64,000 nt of DNA from an uncultured delta proteobacterium (GTDB lineage Bacteria; Desulfobacterota; Binatia; UBA9968), in NCBI GenBank assembly GCA_963728565.1, contig CAVSLC010000001.1, positions 96,001-160,000 of the forward strand. The letters run 5' to 3'. Positions 19,668-30,989 of this stretch are shown here, piece by piece (position 1 is the first letter of the stretch; the number at the start of each line of letters is the position of its first letter). The notes under the pieces were generated by a model. The model did not search any database, was not told where the DNA came from, and worked only from the letters and a program-made list of their open reading frames with translations. Position numbers and translations under genes: made by a program.

Positions 19668-20982
19668 TCACGAAGCACTTTCCTGAAGCCGCTTCACTTT
19701 GAGATTCATTCCGTCATAGCCGACGATTTGAACCTTGTCGCCGACATCGATCTGTCCGCCCGTCTGTGTTTGGGCATTCCAATATTCTCCGTGCACGAAT
19801 ACTTTCCCTGAGGGACTTAGTTTAGCCCTGACCTCGCCGATCTCGCCGACTAGTCCGTCCATACCAAGCGTGGGTTTGGCTTTTTGGGAGCGAAAAACCA
19901 GATAACCGATCGCAAGAACAAGGCTCGCCATTGTCGCTACGGCGGTATAAATGATCGTCCGATCGAGGGTCAGGTCCGAGTTCGGCGTGTCGAAAAGCAA
20001 AAATGAGCCTAGCGCGAGAGAAATAACGCCGCCGATCCCAAGAACTGCCAAAACTCGGCATGAACGCTTCGCCGATCAAAAGCGCGATGCCAAGAAGGAT
20101 TAAAATCAAACCGGCATAATTGAACGAAAGAAGCTGCAATGAGATCAACGCCATCACCAGGCAGATGGCGCCGGTCACCCCCGGGAACATAACCCCGGGA
20201 TTGGAAAACTCCATGTAGAGCCCGAGGATGCCGGCCATCAGCAGCATGTAGGCTATGTTCGGATCAGCAATGGCATTGACGATTCTCTGTTTGAGACTCA
20301 TCTCATGGCGCACTACGTTAACGCCTTTGACGGAAAGCGTCGTCATGCGCCCGTCCAGATCCACTTTACGACCGTCGGCTTGCTTCAGTAAATCATCGAT
20401 GTCTTTGGCAATGATGTCGATGACCTTTTTCTTGAGCGCATCGGTCTCGGTAATCGAGACACTCCGGCGCACCGCCTCGATTGCCCACTCGGTATTGCGG
20501 CCGCGTTTTTGCGCGATAGTTTCGCTAAACGATGCGGTGAAGTTCTCGATTTTTTCGCCCATCACTCCTTTCACTTCCTGTCCTCCGCCCGCTACCGGGT
20601 GAGCCGCGCCGATGTTGGTGGCCGGGGCCATCGCGGCAATATGCGCCGCCATCGTGATGAAAACCCCGGCCGATCCCGCGCCCGCGCCGCTGGGCGCCAC
20701 ATGGACCATGATCGGAACCTGCGCGCTGAGCATTTCCTTTACGATTGTCCGGGTGGAGCTCAAAAGGCCGCCGGGAGTATCGAGCTGAATAACCAGAGCT
20801 CGAGCTCCATTGGATTTCGCCCGGGTAATGCTCTCGCGAATGAAATCATCCACTGCCGGATTGATCGAACCATCGATTACGATCAGATCAACGTGCGGCG
20901 CGGACGACTCGTCTGGTTGCGCCAACACCGACACACCAAGGGCCATCAGCGACACAAAGAAAAAGATCTTAAGCGTTTTCAC
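19668..20982 (-). CDS. nfeD: NfeD membrane-bound serine protease (long form), one frameshift near 20047
   Basis: LDTPGGL, AGSAG, NIGAAHPV, then TM domain and OB-fold (GKVFVHGEYWNA). One extra base in TTTGGCAGTTCTT breaks MPSFGVLGIGG. The GTG start overlaps the udg stop (GTGA). Confidence 0.9.
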
Positions 20983-21745
20983 TGTTGCATCTCTTTCATC
21001 ACTTTTTTGATGTCCTCCCAGACTAACTTCTTGTCCGCCGGATTGCGCAACAGGTAGGCAGGGTGGAAAGTTGGCATCAACTTGATGCCCATATACGTGT
21101 GCCAATTGCCGCGCAACCGGGTAATCGGAACTTTGCTCTGGAGCAATGCTTGTACGGCGAATTTCCCCAACGCGACAATAATCTCGGGCCGTATTAATTC
21201 AATTTGCTTTTTCAGAAAGGGCTCGCAGGAAGCTACCTCGTCGGGTTCCGGGTTGCGATTTTGTGGCGGGCGGCACTTGACGACATTGGCAATGTAAACG
21301 TCTTCTCGAGTTAGGCCCATGCCCTTGGTGATGATGTCGGTAAGCAGCTGCCCGGCGCGCCCGACGAAAGGGTTCGCCCTTGATGATCTTCGTCCCGTCC
21401 CGGGCCTTCGCCGACGAACATCAGCTTGGCATTTGGGTTACCGATCCCAAAAACCACGTGCGTTCGGCCTAAATGCAATTTACAGCGCCGGCAGTCGCCG
21501 ATATGATCGCGAAGTTCTTCAAGACTGCTCACTTCACCGCGATCGGAGTGCATCGAGACTCGTTCCGCCTTATCGGCCGCCGGCTTTTTACTTTCCATCG
21601 CTGTTGGCGCCATCGCTGCAACCTCAGGTCGCGCGACGAACCGAACACCCATGCGTTGTTGCCGTTGTAAATGACGGCGCAGAGAAATTACCAAACTCGC
21701 GAGTTCGTCGCCTTCACTGGTGGACATGGACACGGAATCCTTCAC
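20979..21745 (-). CDS. Family-4 uracil-DNA glycosylase (Fe-S), frameshifted near 21370-21387
   Basis: CRRCKL, MFVGEGPGRDED, then shifted GEPFVGRAGQLL, ANVVKCRPPQNRNP, PTFHPAYLLR. Two extra bases restore one frame. Confidence 0.9.
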
Positions 21746-21863
21746 GCGGAAGATCTTAACACCTGAGACTTGCGGCTATCAATGACAGAATCGCCATCGC
21801 CCAGAGCAAGGGCGCTGATTAGATCGGCCCATAATCACGACACTAAAATGCTGGCCTTTAAGA

Positions 21864-23083
21864 TTAACGCCTTAAGGTGAGAAGATGATCAAAAATTTGG
21901 TCCGCCAATTCATCCTTACTCATGAGCGGCAGCGAGTGGGTTGCGCCCCCGACGATCGATAATGGTTGCGATGTTGGTATCGCCGTCAAAACCGCTGCCC
22001 TCTTTGGTGACGTCATTTGCAACGATCATGTCAAGGTTCTTTTCGCGCAGCTTTTTATCGGCATTGGTATCCAGATTGCCGGTTTCGGCGGCAAAGCCGA
22101 TTAGTAGTTTTCCATCCTTGCGCCGCCCGAGCTCCTTGAGAATATCCGGGTTCGGCTCCAGGCGCACATCCAACGGGCCCTCACCTCGCTTTATTTTGTC
22201 GGCTGAAAATTCGACTGGATGATAATCCGCTACCGCGGCGGCCATGACTACGGCAGTGCATGCGGCGTACTCGTCGAGAATCGCCTGGCGCATTTCAGCC
22301 GCCGTGTTGACGGCCGTTACTTTAACGCCGGGAGGCGGCGTGAGCGCTGTCGGGCCACTGATCAGCACGACTTCCGCGCCCCTTCGCGCTGCCGCTCGCG
22401 CCAGTGCGTAGCCCATTTTGCCTGATGATCGGTTGGAGATATAGCGAACCGGATCTAATGGTTCGCGACTGGGACCGGCGGTTACGATGAGCTTTTCACC
22501 CGCCAGATCTTTTCTTTTGAGCTGCAGCCGGATCTGTTCGAGAATCGCCTCGGGATCCGGCAATCGCCCCTTGCCTTCGTACCCGCATGCAAGATAGCCC
22601 TCGTCCGGTTCGAGGATTTCATAGCCGATCCGCCGTAACTTTCGGAGATTTTCTTGCAAGATTGGGTTTTCGTACATGTGAATGTTCATCGCCGGCGCAA
22701 TCAGCACCGGCGCCTGAGTAGCCATCAACACGGTGGATAATAGATCGTCAGCGATACCGGCGGCAATTTTACCAATAACGTTGGCCGTAGCCGGGGCAAC
22801 AACAAAGATGTCGGCTGAGTCGGCTAAATTGATGTGCCCTATTTCAGATTCTTGTGTCAGATTAAAAGTATCGGTAGCAACCGGCCGGGCAGAAAGCGTC
22901 TGAAACGTCAAAGGCGTAACGAAGTTGCATCGCGCCCCGAGTCATGATCACCTGAACGGTATACTGTTCTTTTACCAATAAGCGGACCAACTCGACCGCC
23001 TTGTAGCACGCGATTCCGCCGCTGACCCCGAGAACTACGTTCTTTGGTTTGTCGTTCTCCACGAGCGCAAAATATAAAAACAT
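21864..23083 (-). CDS. coaBC: Bifunctional phosphopantothenoylcysteine decarboxylase/ligase CoaBC, frameshifts near 22924 and 21948
   Basis: [11 protein letters not shown], (F)[49 protein letters not shown]-terminal [13 protein letters not shown] continues in a shifted frame to the stop at 21864. Confidence 0.93.
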
Positions 23084-23267
23084 TCAGGGGCTTGCAACCT
23101 CAATGAAGGTAAGCCGTATCGCCCCAGAACTAAACTTGTCGCCGTTAACACAGAGGTTGCGACTTCCGTTACCAGTCGACATGGGCCGGAGGCGTTCTGA
23201 ACGCCCCTAAGCGATCCAAAGTCTTAACAAGGGCCCAAACAAATCGCTCGGGCTTAGCCGGTGACAA

Positions 23268-23282
23268 TGGCATGATTTTGGC
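23268..23282 (+). promoter_or_regulatory. Possible sigma-54 -24/-12 promoter upstream of mlaA
   Basis: TGGCATGATTTTGGC has GG-N10-GC spacing, with mismatches to the TGGCACG-N4-TTGC consensus. Confidence 0.25.
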
Positions 23283-23373
23283 GTCAATGGCAGACTTACC
23301 GGCGAATTATCAACAAATGCTTGACCAAAATATTGACATCATGTAAGTGACAAGAATGCTAAAGGAGCGGTGG

Positions 23374-24222
23374 ATGAAGCGATACAGCTCGCGGCTGACA
23401 ACCCGGAACATAAGCGCGCAATTGTTCCTAGTCGGGGCAATATTTTGGCTTGGCGCAAGTTTTGGCTATGCTTTCAGCCAGGAGGATTCGCCAGCGATGT
23501 CGGCTGGCTATGAGCCAAGCACGCTTGCCGCTGCATCGGCAAATCGCGAGCAGCCTCTGGAAACACCATTGGCTTTAGCCAGCGCATTGGCCGAAACAGC
23601 GGAAGCCGGAGACGATTTTGACTCCGACCCTCTCGAAGCTTTCAACGAAAAAATGTTCTGGTTCAATCGGGAGGTGCTTGACCGTTTTCTGCTAAAACCG
23701 GCAGCGACGGCGTGGGACTTTGTGATACCCGATCCGGTGCAGCGGGGAATTTACAACATTTTCGATAACCTCGCAGTGGTGCGACGCGTAGTCAACAATG
23801 CCCTGCAACTGAAGTTCACCGGCGCGGCAACGGAGGTCGCGCGCTTTACCATCAACAGCACAGTCGGGCTCGTTGGGTTCTTCGATGTCGCCAAGGATGG
23901 ATTCGGAATCCAGCAGAGAGACGAGGATACCGGCCAGACGTTTGGTGTTTGGGGAATCGGGCCCGGTCCTTACCTGATCCTGCCATTTCTGCCGCCACTA
24001 ACGATCCGTGACGGCGTCGGTTACGCCTTTGATACGGCGATGACTCCTTACATCTACTTCATCCCCTGGTATGCCAATGCCGGCCTCACCGTCACAAGCA
24101 CAGTCAATGACAGGTCACTAAATCTCGAAACATTTGAGCGGGTCGCTGAGTCCACCATCGATCTTTACGGCGCGGTGCGTAACGCCTATCTACAAAGAAG
24201 GGCGGCGGCGATTCGGCAGTAA
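23374..24222 (+). CDS. mlaA: MlaA/VacJ family outer-membrane lipid asymmetry protein
   Basis: DPLEAFNEKMFWFN, RFTINSTVGLVGFFDVA, EDTGQTFGVWGIGPGPYLILPFL, RDGVG, RNAYLQRR. AAGGAG RBS before ATG 23374. Confidence 0.92.
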   Translation: MKRYSSRLTTRNISAQLFLVGAIFWLGASFGYAFSQEDSPAMSAGYEPSTLAAASANREQPLETPLALASALAETAEAGDDFDSDPLEAFNEKMFWFNREVLDRFLLKPAATAWDFVIPDPVQRGIYNIFDNLAVVRRVVNNALQLKFTGAATEVARFTINSTVGLVGFFDVAKDGFGIQQRDEDTGQTFGVWGIGPGPYLILPFLPPLTIRDGVGYAFDTAMTPYIYFIPWYANAGLTVTSTVNDRSLNLETFERVAESTIDLYGAVRNAYLQRRAAAIRQ

Positions 24223-24495
24223 TAATGAAGCTGCGGGATTGAAGAAGTCTTAACATCAGCCTCTCAGCAACGTTTTCTCCTGTCATGAGAGCTTTTCAGG
24301 TTTCGTTTGTTGCTTAAGCCACTGTACAACATCGTCGACCTTCAATGTAGGCTGATCGGACGCAGAGCCCAACATTCCCGGCCGCAATACATGCCTCTAA
24401 AAACCACCGAACCGGCTATTGACATCGCCAGTGTGGGTGTTTAAACAAATAATCCCGCCTAAGTTATGAGAACTTCATAGGAGAGAATCGCAAAC

Positions 24496-24855
24496 ATGCC
24501 GAAGACGAAAAAGAAAACCGCGGGACGACAAGCGAAAGACCGAGCTCATGATTACATTGATGATGGCAGCCATGATGAGATCGACGACGAGGATCTTCCT
24601 AGCGATGAGGCTGGACGACGCAAAATAAAGAGAAATTACGAAGAACTCCTCGGAATTCGGATAGAGAAGCTAAAAGGACGGGTTCTCAACCGAGAAAAGA
24701 TCAACAAGAGCATCGACGGGCTCTACTTCATCTGCTTTGAGTGTAAAAAAATATGTCACAACCTAGACGAAGGTTGGGTTGAAGAGCCAACAACCCAGCA
24801 CAATTTCTGCTCCGGCTGCGCCAAGACTAAAGGCATTCGCAGTACCGCCGCCTAG
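24496..24855 (+). CDS. Small hypothetical protein with acidic patch, basic helix and CxxC...CxxC zinc finger
   Basis: AGGAG RBS upstream. Fills the intergenic gap; contains CFEC-x21-CSGC. Confidence 0.7.
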   Translation: MPKTKKKTAGRQAKDRAHDYIDDGSHDEIDDEDLPSDEAGRRKIKRNYEELLGIRIEKLKGRVLNREKINKSIDGLYFICFECKKICHNLDEGWVEEPTTQHNFCSGCAKTKGIRSTAA

Positions 24856-25817
24856 TCAACGATTTTCATCCATTCGAGAAAGCTTCTGAGCTCAGACGGC
24901 AAGGGCGAGTCCAAGGCAATCGATTTGCCGCTCGCCGGGTGAGCAAACTCCAAACGAGAAGCATGTAAAAAGTGCCGCCCAAGAGCGGTCGAATAGTTTA
25001 CAGAACCATAGCGCGTATCGCCGACTATGGCATGACCGGTAGCGGCGAGATGGACGCGAATCTGATGCGTGACGCCGGTTTGCATCTCGACCTCGAGTAG
25101 GCTCATTTCATTTGAGCTGGCGAGCTTTCGAAAACTGGTTCGCGCATGCCAGCTTCGGAGGCGCGGCCGCTTCGATCCAAACTCATTAATCACCTGCATT
25201 CGGCCGTGATCGGTTGGATCATGAGCAAGGGCCAAGCTGATGGATCCGGAAGAAGCGGCATCCCCCCATACCAATGCGATGTAACTCTTGTTGACTCGGC
25301 GGCGTCGAAACTGCTCCCGCAGGTTTTCAAATGCCGGCTGATTTTTTGCCACCAGCACTAATCCTGAAGTTTCGATGTCCAAACGGTTCAGTAAACCGGG
25401 CTCCCAACGACTCCTCCCAACGCAAGATAGCTCAGGCCATCGCGCAACCAGATAATTGGCCAAGGTGTCGACGTCGCGCGCAGAGAATCCATGAGTGGGG
25501 ATGCCAGCCGGTTTATCGATCGCGATGATTTCAGCATCTTCGTAGACAGTGGTGACACTCCCATTTACCCCGGCGACCGGCGAATCAAACAGCCAATGCC
25601 GCGCCCCCTGAAAGCTCACTCGGTCCCCTTGCTTTAATCTTTGACCCTTGGTCGCGCGCCGACCGTTTACCAAAAAAGCGTTCTCGTCGATAGCTTTAAG
25701 GGCTTGGCCACGGGATAGGTGAGGCAAATGCCGGCGGACAAAATATTCCAGCCGGCCTCCCGCTTCCGCCGCGCCGATTTTCCAGGTGAGATTCTGGTTG
25801 AATCCTTGAACCGACAC
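24852..25817 (-). CDS. RluA/RluD-family pseudouridine synthase with S4 domain
   Basis: IDKPAGIPTH, catalytic NRLDIETSGL, TGVTHQIRVHLA, IVGDTRYG, FLHA. Confidence 0.93.
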   Translation of the reverse strand: MSVQGFNQNLTWKIGAAEAGGRLEYFVRRHLPHLSRGQALKAIDENAFLVNGRRATKGQRLKQGDRVSFQGARHWLFDSPVAGVNGSVTTVYEDAEIIAIDKPAGIPTHGFSARDVDTLANYLVARWPELSCVGRSRWEPGLLNRLDIETSGLVLVAKNQPAFENLREQFRRRRVNKSYIALVWGDAASSGSISLALAHDPTDHGRMQVINEFGSKRPRLRSWHARTSFRKLASSNEMSLLEVEMQTGVTHQIRVHLAATGHAIVGDTRYGSVNYSTALGRHFLHASRLEFAHPASGKSIALDSPLPSELRSFLEWMKIVD

Positions 25818-25834
25818 TTCACCTACCGTAGTAT
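25806..25834 (+). promoter_or_regulatory. Putative sigma-70 promoter for manC-trmI
   Basis: TTGAAC-17 nt-TAGTAT, ending about 30 nt before ATG 25864. Confidence 0.3.
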
Positions 25835-25863
25835 AGAACGCATTTCATGAATCATATTTTAAC

Positions 25864-26997
25864 ATGAGGCAACGAATTTACAGCGTCATCATCGCCGGCG
25901 GCAAGGGAACACGCTTCTGGCCGCTCAGCCGTTCGCGCAAGCCGAAGCAACTGCTTAAGCTCTTCGGCCCTAAGACCCTGCTTGACGAAACCGCGGATCG
26001 AGTACTTTCACTCGGGGGGAGCGATCGAACGCTGATCGTTACGGTAGCCGAACAATTGAATGCGGTGCGCAAAGAGTTGAGCGCGTTACCGCGAAAGAAC
26101 TTTCTCGCCGAACCTGTAGGGAAGAACACGGCGCCATGCATCGGCCTGGCAGCATTGGAAGTTATCGGCAGAGATCCTGACGCGGTGATGATTATTCTAC
26201 CGGCAGATCACTGGGTGTCCGATGTGCCGGCTTTCCGCCGCACACTAAAGGGCGCCGCTGAACTCGCAGCCCGGCACAATCGCTTGGTCACGATCGGTAT
26301 CCAACCCGCCTACCCGGAAACCGGTTATGGATACATTGTGAAAGGCAAGTCAGTAGCGGATGCCGGCAATCCAGACGCTTACCATGTGAAGAAGTTCAAA
26401 GAAAAGCCGAACGCAAAGATTGCAGGGCAACTACTCCGTCAAGGTTCTCTATGGAATGCCGGCATCTTCGCCTGGAAGGCATCTACACTGCTGGCGCTGA
26501 TGGAGCGGTATCAGCCGGCAATCCACAAATCTCTAGAGAAGATTGCCAATGCCGCCGGCGGCAAATCACTGGCAACCCCGACTCCGAGACTTGGTTCTGT
26601 GATTGCCCGCGAATATAGAAAAATGCCGAGCATTTCCATCGATCATGCGATTCTCGAGCCAGCCGGAAGCGAAGGCAGAGTTTTGACGGTGCCCGGCCAA
26701 TTTGGTTGGAGCGATGTCGGTAGTTGGGCGGCGGTGCATCAGATGTCGCCCCGCGACGCCGACGGCAATGCCGCTACCGGGAACTGGCTCGGCATTGACA
26801 CGAAGCAGTGCCTGATTCATGCCCCCGACCGTTTAGTCGTTCTATTAGGGATGCGTGATGCCTTCATCGTCGATACTCCGGACGCGTTACTTGTTGGAGA
26901 CCTCAAGCGCTCACAAGAGGTGCGCGACTTGGTCGATGAGCTAAATAAGAGAGGCCAGCGCTCTTACACCATTGACGAATCCACATCACGCCGCTGA
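25864..26997 (+). CDS. manC: Mannose-1-phosphate guanylyltransferase (no PMI cupin domain)
   Basis: IIAGGKGTRFWPLSR, PKQLL, EPVGKNTAPCI, LPADH, ETGYGYI, FKEKP, SIDHAILE, WSDVGSW. Confidence 0.92.
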   Translation: MRQRIYSVIIAGGKGTRFWPLSRSRKPKQLLKLFGPKTLLDETADRVLSLGGSDRTLIVTVAEQLNAVRKELSALPRKNFLAEPVGKNTAPCIGLAALEVIGRDPDAVMIILPADHWVSDVPAFRRTLKGAAELAARHNRLVTIGIQPAYPETGYGYIVKGKSVADAGNPDAYHVKKFKEKPNAKIAGQLLRQGSLWNAGIFAWKASTLLALMERYQPAIHKSLEKIANAAGGKSLATPTPRLGSVIAREYRKMPSISIDHAILEPAGSEGRVLTVPGQFGWSDVGSWAAVHQMSPRDADGNAATGNWLGIDTKQCLIHAPDRLVVLLGMRDAFIVDTPDALLVGDLKRSQEVRDLVDELNKRGQRSYTIDESTSRR

Positions 26998-27831
26998 TTG
27001 TAATCTCGTGAATTCCAATTATCCCAGGGGGCCATTGCGCGAAGGCGAACCTATCGTTCTGCTCGACCGCAAGGACCGGGAATATCTCGCTCGGCTGGAC
27101 CTAAATCGACCTCTAGCGATCCGTGGCGGCAAAGTGCTCGTTGAAGAACTGATCGGTCGCGATGAAGGTTGCACCGTGCGTTCTTCTGTCAACGAACCCT
27201 TCCTGGTTTTTCGGCCGAGTCTGCCCCAGTTGATTCCCAATTTACCGCGCAACGCGCAGGTCGTTTATCCTAAGGACCTTGGGCCCGATTCTTATTTGGG
27301 CCGACCTTTTCCCAGGCGCGCGTGTAGTCGAGGCCGGCGCCGGTGCCGGCGCTCTGAGCATGACCTTGCTGCGCGCCATCGGCAGCTCGGGTCAACTCAT
27401 TACCTATGAAATCCGCGAAGATTTTGCCGATATGGCGCGAAAAACCCTTAGCCAAATATTTCGGCCCGACACCGAATTGGACATTGAAGGTAGGCGACGT
27501 CGAAACCGAACTCGTGGAAACTGACGTAGATCGCATCGTTCTGGATTTACCGGAACCCTGGAAAGTGATCGACCGCGCCTGGAATGCCCTGAGACCTGGT
27601 GGCATCGTGCTTAGCTATCTGCCCACCGTGATCCAGGTCAAGAGCTTGGTTGATGCCCTGCGTGCCGATAAACGTTTTGCCTGTATTGAAACGATGGAAA
27701 CACTGATGCGATTTTGGCACATCAAGGGCATGAGCGTCCGGCCGCAACATCGCATGATCGCCCATACGGGTTTTTTGACTGCCGCGCGCCGCTTAGCAGA
27801 TGGCGAAAAGGATATTCCCCGAGCTTCCTGA
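26972..27831 (+). CDS. trmI: tRNA (adenine58-N1)-methyltransferase TrmI/GCD14, frameshifts near 27278 and 27446
   Basis: Motifs spread over three frames: PRNAQVVYPKD, VVEAGAGAGALS, YEIREDF, VLDLPEPW, YLPTVIQV, RPQHRMIAHTGFL. Start codon uncertain. Confidence 0.88.
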
Positions 27832-27877
27832 ATCGGCGCTCGGGGAATTGCACGACATTCACAGAGTCCCTTCCTGA

Positions 27878-28298
27878 TTACGGCTTGGACCAAAGCTGAA
27901 TGTAGTTCATCTCAGGGTCAAAGAAGTAGATCGCTTTACCGGTAGGCCGCACGACCGGTTTGTCGATGAGCACTTTCACCCCCGCCTTCTTGAGCTCATC
28001 GGCCGCCTTGTCGAAATCTTCCGAGCTGACTTCCAGCGCAATGTGCGAGGTTCCCTCGTCGAAATCACCCCGTCTCAATTGGCTTTGGCCGCTGAAACAG
28101 AACTAAACACATGCCGTCTTCCATGAATAATCGGGAGATCTCTGGAAACATCCCGTAAACGTCTTTGTAAGGACCGCCACTTTCTGTGTCAAAGCCAACT
28201 TTAGTGCACTTCATTCCCAGTACATCCGCGTAAAACTTGGTTGCTCGCTCCAGATCGTTGCATGGCAAGCCGATATGGTAGATCTGCTTTACTTTCAT
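27878..28298 (-). CDS. VOC/glyoxalase-family protein, frameshift near 28072
   Basis: IYHIGLPCNDLERATKFYADVLG, then in a shifted frame HIALEV and AIYFFDPEMNYIQL. GGAGG RBS. Confidence 0.85.
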
Positions 28299-28589
28299 GA
28301 GTCACCTCCTTGTGTTCATTTTGTCTATACTGCAACGCGCGAGGGATTTCCAATAGCTTCGGTTCTCGGAAATAGCCCCATTCGCTCAGTGGCAGCATCC
28401 TTGACAGATCATCATCGGCAAGTCTAAATGCCCACAGAAAACCACCGAGCAGCGGAATTTAGACATCGACAAGATGGAAATCTATAGATGAGTTCGACCG
28501 GTGATATTACAGACGAATTATGACTAGAGTAGCGATGAATCATAATACGCTATAGCTGCACAAGCGCTATCAGCTAACGTAAGCTTCCC

Positions 28590-29367
28590 ATGACATCTTT
28601 CATTAGAGCTCAGGACGTCTCTCTAGTCTTCAAAGCCAAGGATCGAGAGCCCGTCACGGCACTCAGTAACTTCAGCCTCGACATTGCCCAAGGCGAGTTT
28701 GTCAGTATCGTCGGCCCGTCGGGTTGCGGAAAAAGTACCTTCCTCAATATCGTCTTGGGGCTGATTGAACCGGCCAGTGGCAAAATTCAGTTGAACGGCA
28801 CGCGCATTAGCGGTCCGGGCCAGGAGCGGGCGATGGTTTTTCAAGAGTTTGGGCTGCTGCCGTGGCGAAGCGTCACGGCCAACGTAGAACTCGGACTTGA
28901 ATTGAAAGGGTATTCCGGCTGCAAAAAGAGCGGCCCGAGCAAAGGAACTGATCAATTTGGTGGGATTGAAAGGCTTTGAAAACCATTATCCGCATGAGCT
29001 CTCCGGGGGGATGAAACAGCGCGTCGGCCTCGCTCGCGCGCTGGCAACCGAACCCGAAGTACTGCTCATGGATGAGCCCTTCGCCGCACTCGATGCGCAG
29101 ACGCGCGACTTGATGCAATCGGAATTATTGCAGATTTGGGAACGCTCCAAAAAAACCGTGCTCTTTGTTACCCACAGCATCGAAGAGGCTGCCTATCTTT
29201 CAGACCGAGTCATCGTCATGACGGCAAGGCCGGGCCGGACCAAAGACGTCATTCAGATTGATTTGCCACGACCGAGAGATTATGAGATGCGGCTAACGCC
29301 AAGGTTCAACGATATCAAGCTCCGCATCTGGGAAGTCTTGAGGGAAGAGTTGACCTCCCGAGGATAG
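28590..29367 (+). CDS. NitT/TauT-family ABC transporter ATP-binding protein, frameshift near 28908
   Basis: Walker [10 protein letters not shown] and MVFQE, then shifted [32 protein letters not shown]. Confidence 0.92.
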
Positions 29368-29370
29368 AAA

Positions 29371-30159
29371 ATGGCTGCACAAGCATTTTTTACGGAACAC
29401 CGGCGGCTGTGGCTCGCACTCTGCTCCGTCCTATTCGTGATCGCATCATGGGAATTGGTTTTGACGTACCTCTTCCCGGTAGATCCATTCTTTTTTACCA
29501 AGCCTTCGCTGATCGGCGCGGCCTTCAAAGAGCAAATCCAAGGGAGCAAACTCTGGCACGACCTCGCGGTAAGCAGCCAGGCTTTCCTCTGGGGCTTCAC
29601 CTTCGCCGTGTTCGTCGGCATTCCTCTTGGCCTGGTCATGGGGTGGCGCAGAAGAGTCGAATACTCTCTGGACCCTTTCTTGACCGCGCTTTACGCTAGC
29701 CCGCTGGTTGCTCTAGCGCCGTTGTTCATTATCGTTTTTGGCGTTGGCGTGCTCGGTAAGGCAGCGCTGGTTTTCTTACTCGCGGTTTTTCCATTCATCT
29801 TCAATACATTTGCCGGCGTCAAATCGACGGACGCGCTGTTAATCAATGTTATTCGATCCTTCGGCGGGAGTGAGAAGGATCTTTACCTTAAGGTCATTCT
29901 GCCAAGCACGATGCCCTACATTATCGCTGGCGCCCGCCTTGCCATTGGCCGAGGGTTGGTCGGTATCATTGTCGGGGAATTCTATGCCGCTTCCGAAGGA
30001 ATCGGTTTCGCCATTTCCCAAGCCGGCGATACCTACCGTCTCCCTGACATGTTCGTCGGCATTATCATTCTGTCGCTGATTGCGATCATTCTGACCGAGC
30101 TGATGCGCAGGCTCGAGCTCACGGTTGCGCCCTGGCGCGCGAGCGACGAGGTACGCTGA
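29371..30159 (+). CDS. NitT/TauT-family ABC transporter permease
   Basis: TM helices and an EAA-like loop RSFGGSEKDLYLKVILP; IIAGARLAIGRGLVGIIVGEF. Confidence 0.92.
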   Translation: MAAQAFFTEHRRLWLALCSVLFVIASWELVLTYLFPVDPFFFTKPSLIGAAFKEQIQGSKLWHDLAVSSQAFLWGFTFAVFVGIPLGLVMGWRRRVEYSLDPFLTALYASPLVALAPLFIIVFGVGVLGKAALVFLLAVFPFIFNTFAGVKSTDALLINVIRSFGGSEKDLYLKVILPSTMPYIIAGARLAIGRGLVGIIVGEFYAASEGIGFAISQAGDTYRLPDMFVGIIILSLIAIILTELMRRLELTVAPWRASDEVR

Positions 30160-30956
30160 TGAAACCAGCAAAATTTTTTGCAGAGCACGAATCTTTGATA
30201 TTCGGCCTCGGTTTTATCGTCCTATTACTGGTCGTATGGGAAAGCATTCCGCTCTGGTACACCCTGCCAAAGGGAATGGCGCTCTTCTTCACCACGCCCT
30301 CAAGAATCGCCGCGGCATTTTATGAATTGCTTCTCGACGGGACCATCGAGAAACACTTTTACATCAGCGCAGTCGCCTTTCTGGCGGGACTGGGCTTGTC
30401 CATAATTGTCGGGCTGCCGTTGGGGCTCGTCATGGGCAGGTCAGCGACTCTCGAGCATTTACTGGATCCCTACGTGACCGCAGCCAATGCCACCCCTAGG
30501 ATCGTCTTCTTGCCACTATTGATTCTCTGGTTCGGGATCGGCATTTGGTCGAAGATCTTGATTGTCTTTGCGGGCGCAGTCTTTCCGTTGCTCATCAATA
30601 CCTATGTTGGCGTAAAAAACGTCAACAGAGTTCTGGTGAATGTCGTGAGATCGTTTGGCGCTAATGAGTGGCAAGTGATGAAAATCGTCGTGTTGCCGAA
30701 TTCGGTGCCTTACATCATCGCTGGGCTGAGGCTGGCCATCGGCAGAGCGATCCTCGGGGTCGTGGTCGGAGAGTTTTTTGGCTCGAGCCACGGATTGGGT
30801 TACATGATCGCTTCCGCCGCTACCAACTACAAGGTAGACGTCGTCTTCGTCGGCGTTGCGATCTTTATGGCGCTCTCTGTCGTCCTAACTCTCGCCGTCA
30901 AGCAACTGGAGTCCCGCCTGGCCAGCTGGCGTCCTGAAGCGGCAAAGAGCTTCTAG
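30159..30956 (+). CDS. NitT/TauT-family ABC transporter permease (second)
   Basis: RSFGANEWQVMKIVVLPNSVPYIIAGLRLAIGR. TGATG overlap with the previous gene. Confidence 0.92.
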   Translation: MKPAKFFAEHESLIFGLGFIVLLLVVWESIPLWYTLPKGMALFFTTPSRIAAAFYELLLDGTIEKHFYISAVAFLAGLGLSIIVGLPLGLVMGRSATLEHLLDPYVTAANATPRIVFLPLLILWFGIGIWSKILIVFAGAVFPLLINTYVGVKNVNRVLVNVVRSFGANEWQVMKIVVLPNSVPYIIAGLRLAIGRAILGVVVGEFFGSSHGLGYMIASAATNYKVDVVFVGVAIFMALSVVLTLAVKQLESRLASWRPEAAKSF

Positions 30957-30989
30957 AGCTACCGCCTCTTTGGTGCTCACTCACGTGGG

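Noticed and set aside
19668-29367. Programmed ribosomal frameshifting or mass pseudogenisation of nfeD, udg, coaBC, trmI, VOC and the ABC ATPase
   Set aside because: No common slippery site or stimulatory structure, and no other decay; an essential gene is affected, so sequencing error is more likely.
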